From the NCBI GenBank assembly GCA_973895155.1, contig OZ316898.1:10382286-10446285 (forward strand): DNA of 64,000 nt. The letters are read 5' to 3'. Position 1 is the stretch's first letter, and every line of letters starts with the position of its first letter. Both the position numbers and the translations under genes were made by a program. This stretch comes from Marsupella aquatica (lineage: Eukaryota > Plantae > Marchantiophyta). Of the stretch, positions 1 through 12,408 are shown in pieces. The notes beneath the pieces are model-generated. The model was not told the origin of the DNA and did no database searches. It was given only the letters and a program-made list of their open reading frames with translations.

Positions 1-863
1 GTAGCTGTAAGCAGAGAAACAATTAAATCAGAAACTGAAATTGACTACTTAGGACCAACCAAACTTGCCATAGCTTGAAAAAAAGCTTAGCTGACAACAG
101 TTCCTCGTCTAAGCAAGATATGCACTGGATAAACCGGATGAGTCTCGGATGTGCAGATCACTAGTGCATGTGAGATGGATCTGTCAGCAACTCAATTCAA
201 GGGAAACCTTCCCGACCTTGTGATTGAGCTTGGGCCCATGCAAGTCAGAACATTTCTCTTGACTGTAGCATAGCAAGCTGCTGTAGCGTCCTTGATGATT
301 TAAGTGCCAGCTCAACATCCAATTGAGCATTAGCTAAGCTATCTCGAGCAATTTTCCAAGCACCTCAATACCTTACTATATATGTTGAATGTAAATCAAC
401 CAGCTGCAATCCTATTCAATATTACAGTCCACTCAGGTTGGGCTAGCTACCCAGATCTCCCCGTAGCTTTCCAATTCAATTTGTAGCCTTTTCACACTCG
501 AGTCATGGTGTCAGTTACCACCGTGTTACATCGTCAATGGATTGTAGATTGCCCTATATTAGTTCCAATGCTCAGGAACGTGAGGGGAATATGAAGAGAT
601 CTGGTATAGGCGGCAATGCAAACTACACAACCACCGGAAAATTTTTGGCAGCCTCTAGCAAGACTGAGATAAATTATTCGAAGTACCTCCTTGTAATTCA
701 CTGAAAGACTATTGACGGCTGACTACTCATTACTTCAAAAGTATGTCTCCTCTAGCACTGACGAACAATGATCCGACGTGAAAGTAGTGGGAAAAATGCA
801 GACTCGAACAATTGCACATACTCGGCGCTGCTTAAAGTAGCCTTTCAATGAGCTTGATGACAG

Positions 864-1514
864 TCACGGATATTTCAATTTTATGAGAATAAAAGAACGG
901 ATGACGAAGTCTGAAGTAGTGTAGCAGAGAAACCACAGTAGTAAAAGGGCGAGAACATTGAAAAGAACCCGTTCCCACCAGTCCAACATATAAAGTCCAA
1001 ACGTCACATTGTACACGAAGATTTTAGAATTCACCCAAGCCACTGTCCGTTTGAAAACTCCTCTCTTTTGTTGGCCCCCGACAGGCCCCCCATTTTGCAG
1101 ACCATTCTGCATGTCATTGTGATAACCATTCTGCAAATGAGTCTGTGGGATCAAAGAAACTTAGAATCAGTCTCTTCACCATAGTAAAGTCAGTCCATCC
1201 CCAGCATAGTCCAATGAGAGAACCTCTAGTATATGCCTACTTCTCTGGTAATTAAATTTTCTTGATATTCTCTACAATCTGAACCAGAAATTTTGCTGAA
1301 GAGAAAGACCCCCCTCCACTGGCCCCAGACCCTAGTATTGTTGATGTGAAGATGAAGACACATCTCGTACTTGACCACGCGGGATCGAAAGAATTGGTAC
1401 CTGAGTTGATGCTAATGATGATGATCCCGACGCTGATATGCACGAAACAGCTCCTCCTCGCATGACATTCCGCACCAACTGCGTTTCGCGCTGCCGCGCA
1501 AGGGCCCCCGCCAT
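864..1514 (-). CDS. ssSPT: Serine palmitoyltransferase small subunit (ssSPT/Tsc3-like); predicted exons 1514-1401 and 1142-864, 130 aa
   Basis: Core WVNSKIFVYNVTFGLYMLDWWERVLFN closely matches plant ssSPT (WVQRKIYLYNVTFGLYMLDWWERYLFN). Donor CAG|GTACC at 1401/1400 and acceptor TTTGATCCCACAG| at 1143/1142 are both phase 0 and join ORF 1514 in frame. The same acceptor string occurs in PBA1 intron 7. Alternative start at ATG 1112 gives 82 aa. Confidence 0.85.
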
Positions 1515-2479
1515 CCGCTCCTCTCCTCTCCTCTCCTTCCCTTCCGTTTTGTTCGCTTCACTTCCCTGTCGAAAACCTTTTCTCTCGTGCTCTGTAAACG
1601 TTTGGGAAGAGGGCTCTCTCTCGCTTCTTCTCTTCGAGAGACCAGAGAGGGAACTGGGCTAAATAGACAACGTCCGCGACCAACAGGAAGACCAACTACG
1701 GGAATCTTCCTTGGGGTGTGAAACCTAGGCCTCGAAAGTAAAGCCACCTTGCTACGTTTTCCCCCGAATACAGCGCCCCAGGTGTTCTATTCGAAAATGC
1801 ATTTTTTTAGGCCTTCATAAGAAAATTTATTTATTTTCCAAACATAATTTCATTTTCCTCAGAAAATAATTTTTATAAAATGTAAATAGGATAACGAAAA
1901 CCCCAGGTGGGGGGAAGCAAACAGCCCCATAAATACAACAGTGCAACTCCCTCAACTCCCTCTCTGGAAGGCCAGAAGCCCAGAAAAGTACAATAAGACC
2001 AAAGGACACAGAACATAAGTGACAAGGACTAATACATCATACCCTCGATAAACAATTTCATTTTAATAGCATTCATAAGAAAAAGGTTTTTTTTTTCAAA
2101 CACAATTTCATTTAATACACTGCTCGGGACTTGTGTTCAAATATTGGCATTGTATTTGAGTTGGACACAATTTCATTTAATACATGGCTCGGGCCTTTTG
2201 TTCAAATATTGGCATTGTGTTTAAGTTGGACATTGTGTTTAAAATTTGACTCTAAACTGTTCTACATTGAACACAAATAGTAAAAAAATTTCAAAAGAAT
2301 CATATGTCAATATTCAAACACACCGTCAATATTCGAACACAACGCCTTGCAAATATAAAAAAAACACATAGTCAAAACTTGAATACAACGCCCTGGGCGC
2401 ACGATTTGATTAGAGCACCCCATGGCCCACTATTTGAATATAAGGCCATGGCGTTGTGTTTGGGGGAAGACGGTAGTAA

Positions 2480-3099
2480 GAGCATCTCCAACCCAACTGT
2501 TTTTTGTTAGTTTTATAATTGGGTGTTGACCAGACCTAGCAAAGAAAATTGAAAAAGTACGCTCTAAGCTATTCACTATAACGGTTTAGGCTTTAGGATT
2601 TCAAGAACCTGGTTTTTTGGGTTTTAGTTACGGGATATGTATATGGGAGAGATTAGACACTATTCAACTTCTATTGGGTTTGTTACTACGTTTTCAAGAT
2701 CCAAATCTACGATTGTCAAATGATGATACGTGTTTAGAGAAATTACACCTTCCGGGTTGGGGCTACTTTTCAGGAGTAAAGTTACATCATCAGCTATCAG
2801 TCGTTTCCATCAGTTGACCTGATATAAGCCGCCATGTCATCTCAGAGAGGCCACCAAGATACGACGCCAAAGAAAAATGTGAAGGCCCCATGTATCTCAA
2901 CTGCTTAGCTAAGATTCAGAAATTTCATGGCGGCAAAACTGATAACCGATATAAATGGCTGATAACTGATGATCCTCACTACCCCACTTTTCAGTTGGCC
3001 CCTAAAGATACTTACAATGAACTAAATGTAGGACACTCTTAGACTGGGTATTTAATGTACACAGTAAGCAAAACCGGCCCCGTTGGGTTGGAGGTGCTC
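2480..3099. mobile_element. Tourist/PIF-Harbinger-type MITE
   Basis: TIRs GAGCATCTCCAACCCAAC ... GTTGGGTTGGAGGTGCTC; TAA on both sides (2477-2479, 3100-3102). Confidence 0.85.
2773..2985. mobile_element. Small fold-back MITE nested in the Tourist MITE
   Basis: Imperfect inverted arms (ATCATCAGCTATCAGTC / GGCTGATAACTGATGAT; GCCGCCATG / CATGGCGGC); direct repeat ACTTTTCA at 2765-2772 and 2986-2993. Confidence 0.6.
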
Positions 3100-3421
3100 T
3101 AAACGAGCACAACCTAAGCTAGGGAGAAGGGGTGGTTGTTACCACTAAGAGCCATGTTCCATAAACCCACAAATGCATCCTATTAAGAGGATTACCCCTA
3201 ACTCTCATATAAAATGCACAGGTTCAGGAAATGGGCTTGAGCTCCCCAAAAGGTGCTGAGTGCTCCACCTTTTATTGGCAAATGTTCCATGTTTTATCAT
3301 GGTTGCACCATAGGACATGAATGAGGAGTAGACAATGAGAAAATTGGGCCTTTATATGGGCAGGTGTGATTTAAAAGGGCCCTCACCCTATTCTGATTGT
3401 GCCCTAAGTGCATTTGAGGGG

Positions 3422-3677
3422 CTCGGGGGCCACATTCTAAAGGGGTCTCATATCACACTCGATGTAAAGATTCTACCCTTATATTTCTGGAATATTCTAA
3501 AAAATTAATATTCTCAAAATTCATTTCTAAAACCTATCTTTTCTTATAATTCTCAAAATTGGATTTTTAAAAACCCTATTGTTCTCCTACAATAATTTAA
3601 AAGTATTCTTTTCAACCCAATAAATAAACCCTATACTTACTTTCATGGGTAAAAAGGAAATAACTGAAGACCCCAGG
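3422..3677. mobile_element. MITE with 8-bp TSD (hAT-like), older copy of the family at 4559-4853
   Basis: TTGAGGGG duplicated at 3414-3421 and 3678-3685; degenerate TIRs; internal sequence similar to 4660-4810. Confidence 0.6.
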
Positions 3678-4558
3678 TTGAGGGGTCTACCACATCTCTT
3701 TCCATGGGCCTCCTTCAGAATCCTTTTCCAGACAGCAGCCCCTACGGTGCACCCACGCCACCAATGGCAATTCCAAATGACTGACAAACTCAGCAGCTTT
3801 GGCTAGCTCTCTCAGTTGCTCTAGCTCATTCTGAACATCCACAACTCCTTGTTCAATGGCTCCACAACACCGATGGCGATAGCATTGAGCAAATGAGCTC
3901 TACAACACCAACCAAACATGATAAAAGTGGACTGTCTTGGAACTTACGAGCACCTAGCAATAGCAAAGAAGGAAGTGTAAAGGTTGGAACGTGTTTCCCT
4001 CCTAAGCGTGAATAGCCGCAATGGAATCATGTTGTGTGGGTGCTTTGGTCCACAGAGGCAAGTGACCGATCTGGAGATGGCACGAACGGCATAGGGGCGG
4101 ACATAGGGGCCATTGAGATGCCCTGATTGATATCATTGCTAATAGGGCAACGGGTATGAGTAATGAAATCTCAAGGAAAAAATGGTATTTGGCACCATGG
4201 GGATAATGGGGGTAATGGATGTCCATGTAGACTTGGCTTTGGATTTAAGAGGGCATTCATTATTGTTTGACATACAGTGATGACATAAAGTTAATTTAGG
4301 GTGAAGAGATGGAGGGCCATATTGGTGGGTAAAGAGGAATGTGGCTGATTGGAAGAACGCAACAATTATACGTACACCAATGGACACTATGTATAAATAT
4401 AGCAAATGGTAAGTGATATACTTTTGTATTTAGTGAGGCTGGATTAGAATCATACTCAAGTGATATACCTTTTATATATTAATTAGTGAGGATGGATTGG
4501 AACCATACTCAATTGCTTCAATTTCCTAAAGTTGGCCGATGAACTTATAGTTCAAGGT

Positions 4559-4853
4559 CTCGGGGGTTTCACTATATGGATGCCTCCCCATCACCTGCAA
4601 CGTTTTTAGGCCTTAGACCCCCTAAAATGTAAGAAAAAAAATATTTTTCAACCCCTATAAAGTTGGAATATTCTTGGAATAGTCTAAAAATTTGGTTATA
4701 AGGACCCTAATCTTCTTATAAGTATCAAAATTTGATTTAAAAGACCCTATTGTTGTTCTCAAACAATTCTTAAGTCCTCCTTTTGAATCAATAAAATGAC
4801 CCTATATTTTATCGCACGTGATGTGCCATTTTTGTGGAAGTGAAACCCCTGAG
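4559..4853. mobile_element. MITE with 8-bp TSD (hAT-like)
   Basis: TIR CTC(G/A)GGGGTTTCACT matches at 14/15; TTCAAGGT duplicated at 4551-4558 and 4854-4861. Confidence 0.8.
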
Positions 4854-7800
4854 TTCAAGGTACAACATTAAAATAACCTAATATTTGGGTTTGGGGCCAA
4901 TCCACTAAGTTGTTTATGTATCTTTGGTTTAACCCTAAATCTAAACATCATCCTAAGTATGCATTATTTGGTGGCAATTTAAACAGTGCAATTCTCATAT
5001 CTCAGTCATCTTAACTTTGTTTGGGGCATGCAATAATCAATCTATTCATTAAAAGTGAATTATTATTCAATTTGTGAACATTTGAGCAATAGAAAGTGTA
5101 CATTTGGGCAAGAAATAAAGGTGATGGCCATCAGACATACCACCATGTTCATCTTTTATAAATGAACTAGGCTTCTTCTAGTTACAAAGATCATTTTTTC
5201 TCCCTCAAGTTTACAATTGACTATTTAGGTGTAGAGTATTGTACTATAGTATACCTTTTGGAGTTAAAAAGTGTACATTTAGAGACCAAAAAGTGTACAT
5301 TTTGAGGCCTAAAAGTGAACAAAATACACTTTTCATGAATAGGGTGATAATACCTTGTTGGATTTAGCTCGGCGAGCTCTTTCCAACAGGCCCCTAAATT
5401 CATGATTCTGAAATAGTTGGAAATTGATGTTTGTATGGGTGACCTAAGTATGTATGGGTGACCCCATCTACTTGCCCGCTCATCAATGACCATCTTACTC
5501 CTCCCTTCACAATGGTCATTCTCTTGTTAGAATAGTCAATCCTCTTTTCCACTATGACTACTCGTCCTTCTACAATAGTCACTTCCTTTGCTATGATAAT
5601 CACTCATTTTTCAACAATCTTTCTTTTTTCACTATGACTACTTGTCCTTTTTGATGGCCACTATCTTTTTTCTAGAATGGATTCTCTTCTTTTCCACAAT
5701 GGCCACCATTCTTCCATATTGCACAATTTGGGAATGACCAATCTCATGCTTTGCAATGTTCTTCCAAGAAAAATCAACGGTCACTAAATTGACTTTGATG
5801 GCCATCTCCACAACAGAATTACTAGGCCATCTAGTTTTGCTATTTACACAAACTTAAAGTTCTTGGAAGGATTCAATCTCATACAAACCTGAACTCAATC
5901 AATCAACCTAGGTTTCGGCATGGAGCTCATTTGAGGGCTAGTGTAACGATATTAATTTTAAATTTTTAAATTTTAGTTATTTTTCCTATTTTGAACCTTG
6001 TATGGAGTCTTTGGCCAGCCCTCATCCACCAAGATTCCCATTGTTGGCCTCCAATTCCAAAGAGCCTCTCAATGGCTTCAATGCCATCATAGGACCAAAT
6101 TGCATCATCATAAAAAACCGCTCTCAAACTATAGCTCCTAATTAGAAGTATCAAAAACTTTTACAAATCAGTCGGTTGAATCGCTACACCTATTGGTCCT
6201 TTGACTTATATAGTACACAATTATGAATCATCACTAAAAAACTACCCCTTTTAGAGACGACAACACTGTCATAAAACTCAAGTTGACTTTTAAGTGCAAG
6301 AAATAAAATTATAATACATAATATACTATTCAACAAATTGTGTCATTGTGAAAGTTTTGGTGATTTTTTGATATGATGATCTTAGAATTTCATATATATA
6401 TTTAATAAATTTATTAATTTAAATCACTAGAATCTCATTATTTGTTTTGTCAAGTGGTCTTTATCAACATAAATGAAAAATTTCATGTTTCATAAGTTGG
6501 TCAATTTAATACAAAAATTGAATCTCTTTTCAAAATTATTAGTATTTAGCATAAGATTTGATTTTTTATTACAATTGTTAATTTTTACAATATCTTTAAG
6601 CATCTAGCAATTTTTTGTAAGAGTCTAAAGATTAATCTTTACAAATCGTCAGACATTTTATTTAGTTTGTTGTTTTATTGATTTTTATGATAATATTATA
6701 CATGAATAGGGTGTTGAATGTTATTGCACTTGTGACCTATTGTCTAGTTTTAATCTGTGCATATTATTTTGAAAGAATATGAAATATTAAAATAATTGAT
6801 AATGATTAATAAATTATTATCCAAAAATTAAATATTTGAACGATATATGTTTTCAAGTGAAGACATATGAATAAGTATTATGACATAAATTACTTTTGAA
6901 TATTATTTAACTCATATCAATTATTTGATAAAAATAATTCTATGTACCCAAAATATTTATGAGTGTTGAAAAATAATTATAAATATCAAAGAATAGTATT
7001 TTGTTCATCAAAATAATTTGAAGGAATATAGTTTACTTCTAGATCATGATAAATTTTATCATTTAGAAAATAAATGAAAAATTGATAAAAGAATTATAGT
7101 CACCGATTCATCCAAATAAAATATTTATTTTATAAATAAAAAATATTAAAATTTAATATTAAAAATAAAATATATATCGTAACTTTGGTGTGAGCATTCA
7201 TACATGCATTTTAAGGTTACAATTTTATAACTTAACATAACAATTAAAACCATAAGTTGGACATTCATGCGCGTTTATATGACACACTATTAATATTTAA
7301 ATAGACAAGAAAGAAGAACATGAACAACAATTTAAAGTATGTCAACATATACTTTGATATCAATCTTGATGTATTGCAATGCAATGAATAAAATTATAGA
7401 GCACGTATAAAATCTACAATTTGTACCTTGGATTTATAAATCCACTTGTAATCTTTCACAAGCATTTAAAGTCCTTCACACATACTCTCCAACAATTATT
7501 GTATCTTAACAGCGATATAGTGGATGGATCCAAAAAACGAAAGCAATATGCCGATACAATCAAGTACACCACAATATATCAATATGGTCTTGCAACCGAG
7601 TGAAAATCCAAAATCTTGTCAAAATTTAAATCTTGTCAAAATTCAAATCCTGTCAAAATTCAAATCTTGTCACAAAAAAATATCAAATACTAAAGTATTT
7701 TTAGTTTTTAATCAAGAGTTTGAATAGAAAAACTAAAAGCATTTTGTCGACCTAAAATCTTGAGAGTAATCTAAATATGTAATCAATTTACATTCTATCA

Positions 7801-9469
7801 AGTCAAAATCTCAGATTTTAATACTAAACAGTTTTGAAGTGTATAAAACGTGAGATAGTAAGTTTCAAATAAGAGAATGTATAGTACATTTTACTAATGG
7901 ACAAAAATTTGTAGAGCACAAACATGAATATTGAGCCTCTAAGAAAAAATTCAATCATCGTTTTTGTAAACAACAAGTACTATTTAGCAACAATGCAAGA
8001 ATTGTAATCAAATTCATTTCAAAGTTAAAGTGAATAAAGCAAGTCCAAGAGGTATATCTCATAGACCTCACGGGAAGAGTATAACTCCCTCTATAAGAAA
8101 ATCTACAAATGAGAAGCCCCAACCAGCAAAACCTCTATACAAGAGACCAAATAGTGAAGGTGCAAAATAAAATGATCATAGATTAAATTAATCTACCAGT
8201 TAATTCATCTAAATAACTATTTGATCCTATTTGATGTTGTCATCTCCTAGATGATGATAAGGCGAGTTGAATCTCGAGCGGCAATTCTAGTGCTGGTCGC
8301 TCACCAACTACTACATTTATCTGACAATGCCCTAAATTAATCATAATTATTGCTAATTATGGTAGTTTCTCAAACCCAAATACGTGATTAGGCGTAGACG
8401 ATGGTTTGCATGACATTGGCATTTTTATGTCATAGTCAAGTGTTCACCTCTCACTATCTAAGTTCTTAGAAGTCCCAAGATATGCATGAATCTACATTTT
8501 TGGCCATACACAAGTATAAATTTGACACCATTTTATTAGAGTTGCTAGGATTTGGTACCAAATAATTTGTCATAGATGCATACCATATATTTAGGTATCA
8601 TGCGACATACTAGGTGTTAGATCCATGTACAAAGGACGGCTAGAGTTGGCAGATGCTCCATTGGGAAGCTGTCAGAGGTATTTTGTCAAAAGAAATCCTA
8701 TCATTCATTCAAGTCATGACTGGCAGCAGGAGGATGATCCACAGTGTGAAGGGAACCATGACAAAAGTGCATGCATGACATTCTTTAGTGACAAGCTAAG
8801 AAAACAAGATACTGATATATTACTATTGGCAGACCCCTGTGAGAAAACCCACATAAGATGCTCCATCTAGATTAGTCGTAAGACTTGTTCTTAGTTCTCC
8901 TAATTTATGTTGACATACCTATGTAAACTTAAGATTCATTAATTCTTTATAATTATATAAATCATACCCAAAGGAGAACAATTTCAATTAGCTATAGTAC
9001 CCCAGTCATAATTTTCAACACAATTACCAAGGTACAATAATCAGTGATTTTGGAGAATATTGTTATTGTATTGGAAATGTCTATCAATTAGTTTTTCTTG
9101 TATGTTACTAGTAGTTACATGTGTCAATTATAACTCAAGCTAGACAATCTAAGTTGTACGATACGTATCATTGGTGAAGGAGATATGTATATATCATTTT
9201 TCTTATCTTACCTTGGTTTGCATCTCGATTATCGTTTTTGTCATTAGTACGTGAACTAATGAGTTTGATGAGTCTTCTAACCTGTTCAATGCGCTTTTTC
9301 ATTCATACTTGAACTAGTATATTTGATGAGTCTCTTGATCAATTCAATATGCAAGTTTAAATTATCACAAAAGATTTTTAGGAGATCAAGTTTCATTGTA
9401 TGGTGTCCCTTTCTAATTTTGATTGTGGCGTATAAATTTTACTTGGTCTATTATATTTTATTTCGTTAA

Positions 9470-11683
9470 TTAATTGTAAACTTGTAAATCACCAACTTGA
9501 TGAACTGACTCCTCCTTCCTCCAATTAGAGTAGCCTCTCACACCATGATCCTTCAACCACTCTTTCAATTTCTTATTTGTAACCGCTTGCAAATCAGAAC
9601 GAGATATTGCAGAATTTATGTCAACAATAAAAGTAAATGTAGCACTTGCCAATTTCTCCACAAATTTCTTCACCAAGTTTTTTATTTTATATCATAAGTC
9701 TTTTTGGTTTATGAATCCCATATCCTCAACAATTCTATTTACCGTACTCTTGTCATCATGAATAACCTCCTTAATTATCACCCCTACCTCCATAAGAGTC
9801 TCTAGTATCTTTTGTGTTCCTTTGTCCTCCATAGACCAAGAATTTCTCTCATCTTTTTTACTCACAGTGATTATGTCAGGAACTCTATTATCGTAGCTAT
9901 CAATAATGGAGGAAGTACCATGATGCCCACTCTGAGAAGAATCCCAACGACAATCCAAAAACACTACTAATCCAGGAGCTACAAAAAAACATGTCAGGAT
10001 CATATCATGTGGGGAAAAAGCTAATTGTAGCATGGAATATCATCTAATTAAAATACATTGTTTTTTTAGTCATAACTGCATAATGATGGTGACAAAATAT
10101 ATTGCAGATAAGTCACCAAAAAAGAAGTTTTTATCTTATTAATGATTGCAAAGGATAGTGTAACTGTTTATAGTACAAACCTTTTTCAACAGCACATTGT
10201 TGCTCAAGTCAAATTTTGACATCCTCCCATATCTTTTTTTTGTTTGCATCCCATTGTTGCTTCACAACATCTATTTATCTAGCTCGAGGTCGTCAACGTC
10301 CACTTTGGAGATTATGCCAATGGGTTGGAGAAGGAACATGCAAACCTAAATGCAATTATGTTATAACAGCTAGGGTAGTAAATGTGAGACCAACACATTG
10401 GATGGAATGAAACAACATAGGAGTCACCAAAGGTGTGTTCCTCCTCGGCTCATTCTCTCTTGTTATAAATGTCCATCTTGGCCACAATTGATTCTAATGG
10501 ACCAAAGTTGTTGCAACTCTTTAATACGCTCACTATAGGAGTCAATGAACATCCATCAATACGGCAACGGGGACGTAACTGTCTCTCAACAAAAGTATGA
10601 ATTAAGTGTCGATCAAAAAATACTACTTTAGCCGGTGACAAGGCAATGACCTACGTGTAACTAGTGGGTCAGAGGTTGATCATGGTATTGATTGCGAGTC
10701 TGGTGGTAAAGATGGACCTTGCAAGGCAAGTGATACTGGTGACTAGGAACCCAGGTCTACCACCTCCTAATTGCATAGAAACATTAATAATCAATAACCT
10801 TCAACAAAACACAAAGGTGTCATGTAAAATCACATTATCATTGGTGCAAAATATAATAAATGAAATGATGCACCTCCTCAGGTATGACAGCTCCTAAAAC
10901 ATAAACAATGGTTTTTTTTTCATCACGGTAATTGGCTTCATCCTCTTCATCTGATGGGAACCCTTTGACAATATGCTCATACAATTCCTCTTGCTCTTCC
11001 AAATTAACGTCACTTGTTAAAGATTGTTGGCTCTGTAAAAATGACATGTTTGCATCACAATATAGTTAGGTATGGTCTTGGGAAAAGTTTTATGCAAAGT
11101 TCATATGTAGAACCACAAAGAAAATTAAATTATTCTAATAAAACATGACCACAATCTTACAAGTGAAGGTCATCCACAAAAAAAATCTTAGATAGGTCCC
11201 TTTCAATGCAAAAGTGTACCAAAACATAACAACTATTCATGAACATACCTCACATAAATTGGTATGTTGGCTATTGTCCTCTGAAGGGTAATCTCTCTCA
11301 AGGTCCATAAAGCTTGAAGAAGCTCCAATGTCTGTGTCTGATGCAAGTTCATCCTCTAACGTCCTAGCAAATTGTATTATTTTGCAGTTCCTTAAATAAT
11401 CAACCTTACGCACTTGCCGAAATAACCATTCAATGACACTTGAGTGTGTAGTTTGTTCATCTCCGAGTAAGCATCTCAACTCCTCCCACTCATCCCACAA
11501 GTGAAGTGGTACTCGGATTGCAGGCCTAGCATTAGGTCTGCAAAGTCTCTTATAGTCTATATCATCACACGAGTATTTTTTTCTTGGAATACCACCACCT
11601 TGAAGAGGACGTTTGCGACGGTCTGGCGGCAAATTAGGTGGTTCGCCCCCCAAACTCATGGCTACAAACGCCCAAAGAAACAC
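9470..11683 (-). pseudogene. N-terminal half of a degraded multi-exon DDE transposase (Kolobok-like)
   Basis: VFLDCRWDSSQSGHHGT...NSWSMEDKG...EVIHDDKS...QKDL resembles the DGRxDSPG...SxxME...TDRH...DxWH transposase signature. Upstream Cys/His remnants and a SAP/HeH-like segment (LKEWLKDHGVRGYSNWRKEE). Contains stops and frameshifts. Confidence 0.6.
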
Positions 11684-12340
11684 TAAAAAACTTGTTAGCT
11701 ATAAGTAAGGATGATCATATGGTAACCTAGTACTTAGAACGTCAAACTATGCCTCTAAGCCTCTACCTCACTATATACATCAACTCTTGGTCCCAAAAGG
11801 CCCAAAGAAATGGCATCTCATTTTCTTTTGCTCGTAGCAAAAATTATGCTCACTCTTGGAGTCCTAGACTACCATACTCCTGGCACCCCGTGTGTGTGTG
11901 GCCATTCCCGTTCAACACACTCGATACATTGAACATTGTGTCCACTCTTCCCAGACTTTCTTCCCCTGTTCCCCATTTGTGACACTTGATCTCAATTACG
12001 GGCCAACATGGAGTCAGTAAAACCGCTGGTAACCACAACAACTCGGACTCCTAAACTTGGACCCCTCAATCCTATCTTTCCGCCATGAGACCTAAATCCT
12101 CGCTCCCGCCCCATCAATAGCACCTGCGCGGGGCCCACAGCCAACCGGCCATAGGCATCTGGCAGCCCCCTTGATCCTCTCATTTCCTAGGATTCTGAAC
12201 CCATTACTCTGATCTCCATGGGGCTTGGAGCCAACTACCCATTAAGCACCTGTCGTTCGTCAGAGTGCTCCTCCCCTCTATGGGACCCATAACAATCAAC
12301 ACCTGGGGGCAGGGGCAGGTGCATGCCAAAATCTATACAT

Positions 12341-12408
12341 GGTGCAAGATTTGATCCCTGGACCTCTCTCTTTGCAATCGAGTGCTCTAACCACTAGCAT
12401 TGTGACAG
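12341..12408 (-). pseudogene. tRNA-derived (tRNA-Cys GCA-like) degenerate sequence or SINE head
   Basis: Minus strand reads AGTGGTTAGAGC (A-box-like), anticodon-like loop TTGCAAA, AGGTC, and GGGATCAAATCTTG (degenerate B-box). The acceptor stem does not pair properly. Confidence 0.5.

Noticed and set aside
5400-5800. Heptad-like coiled-coil ORF remnants
   Set aside because: Too degraded to assign; probably an ancient retroelement fragment.
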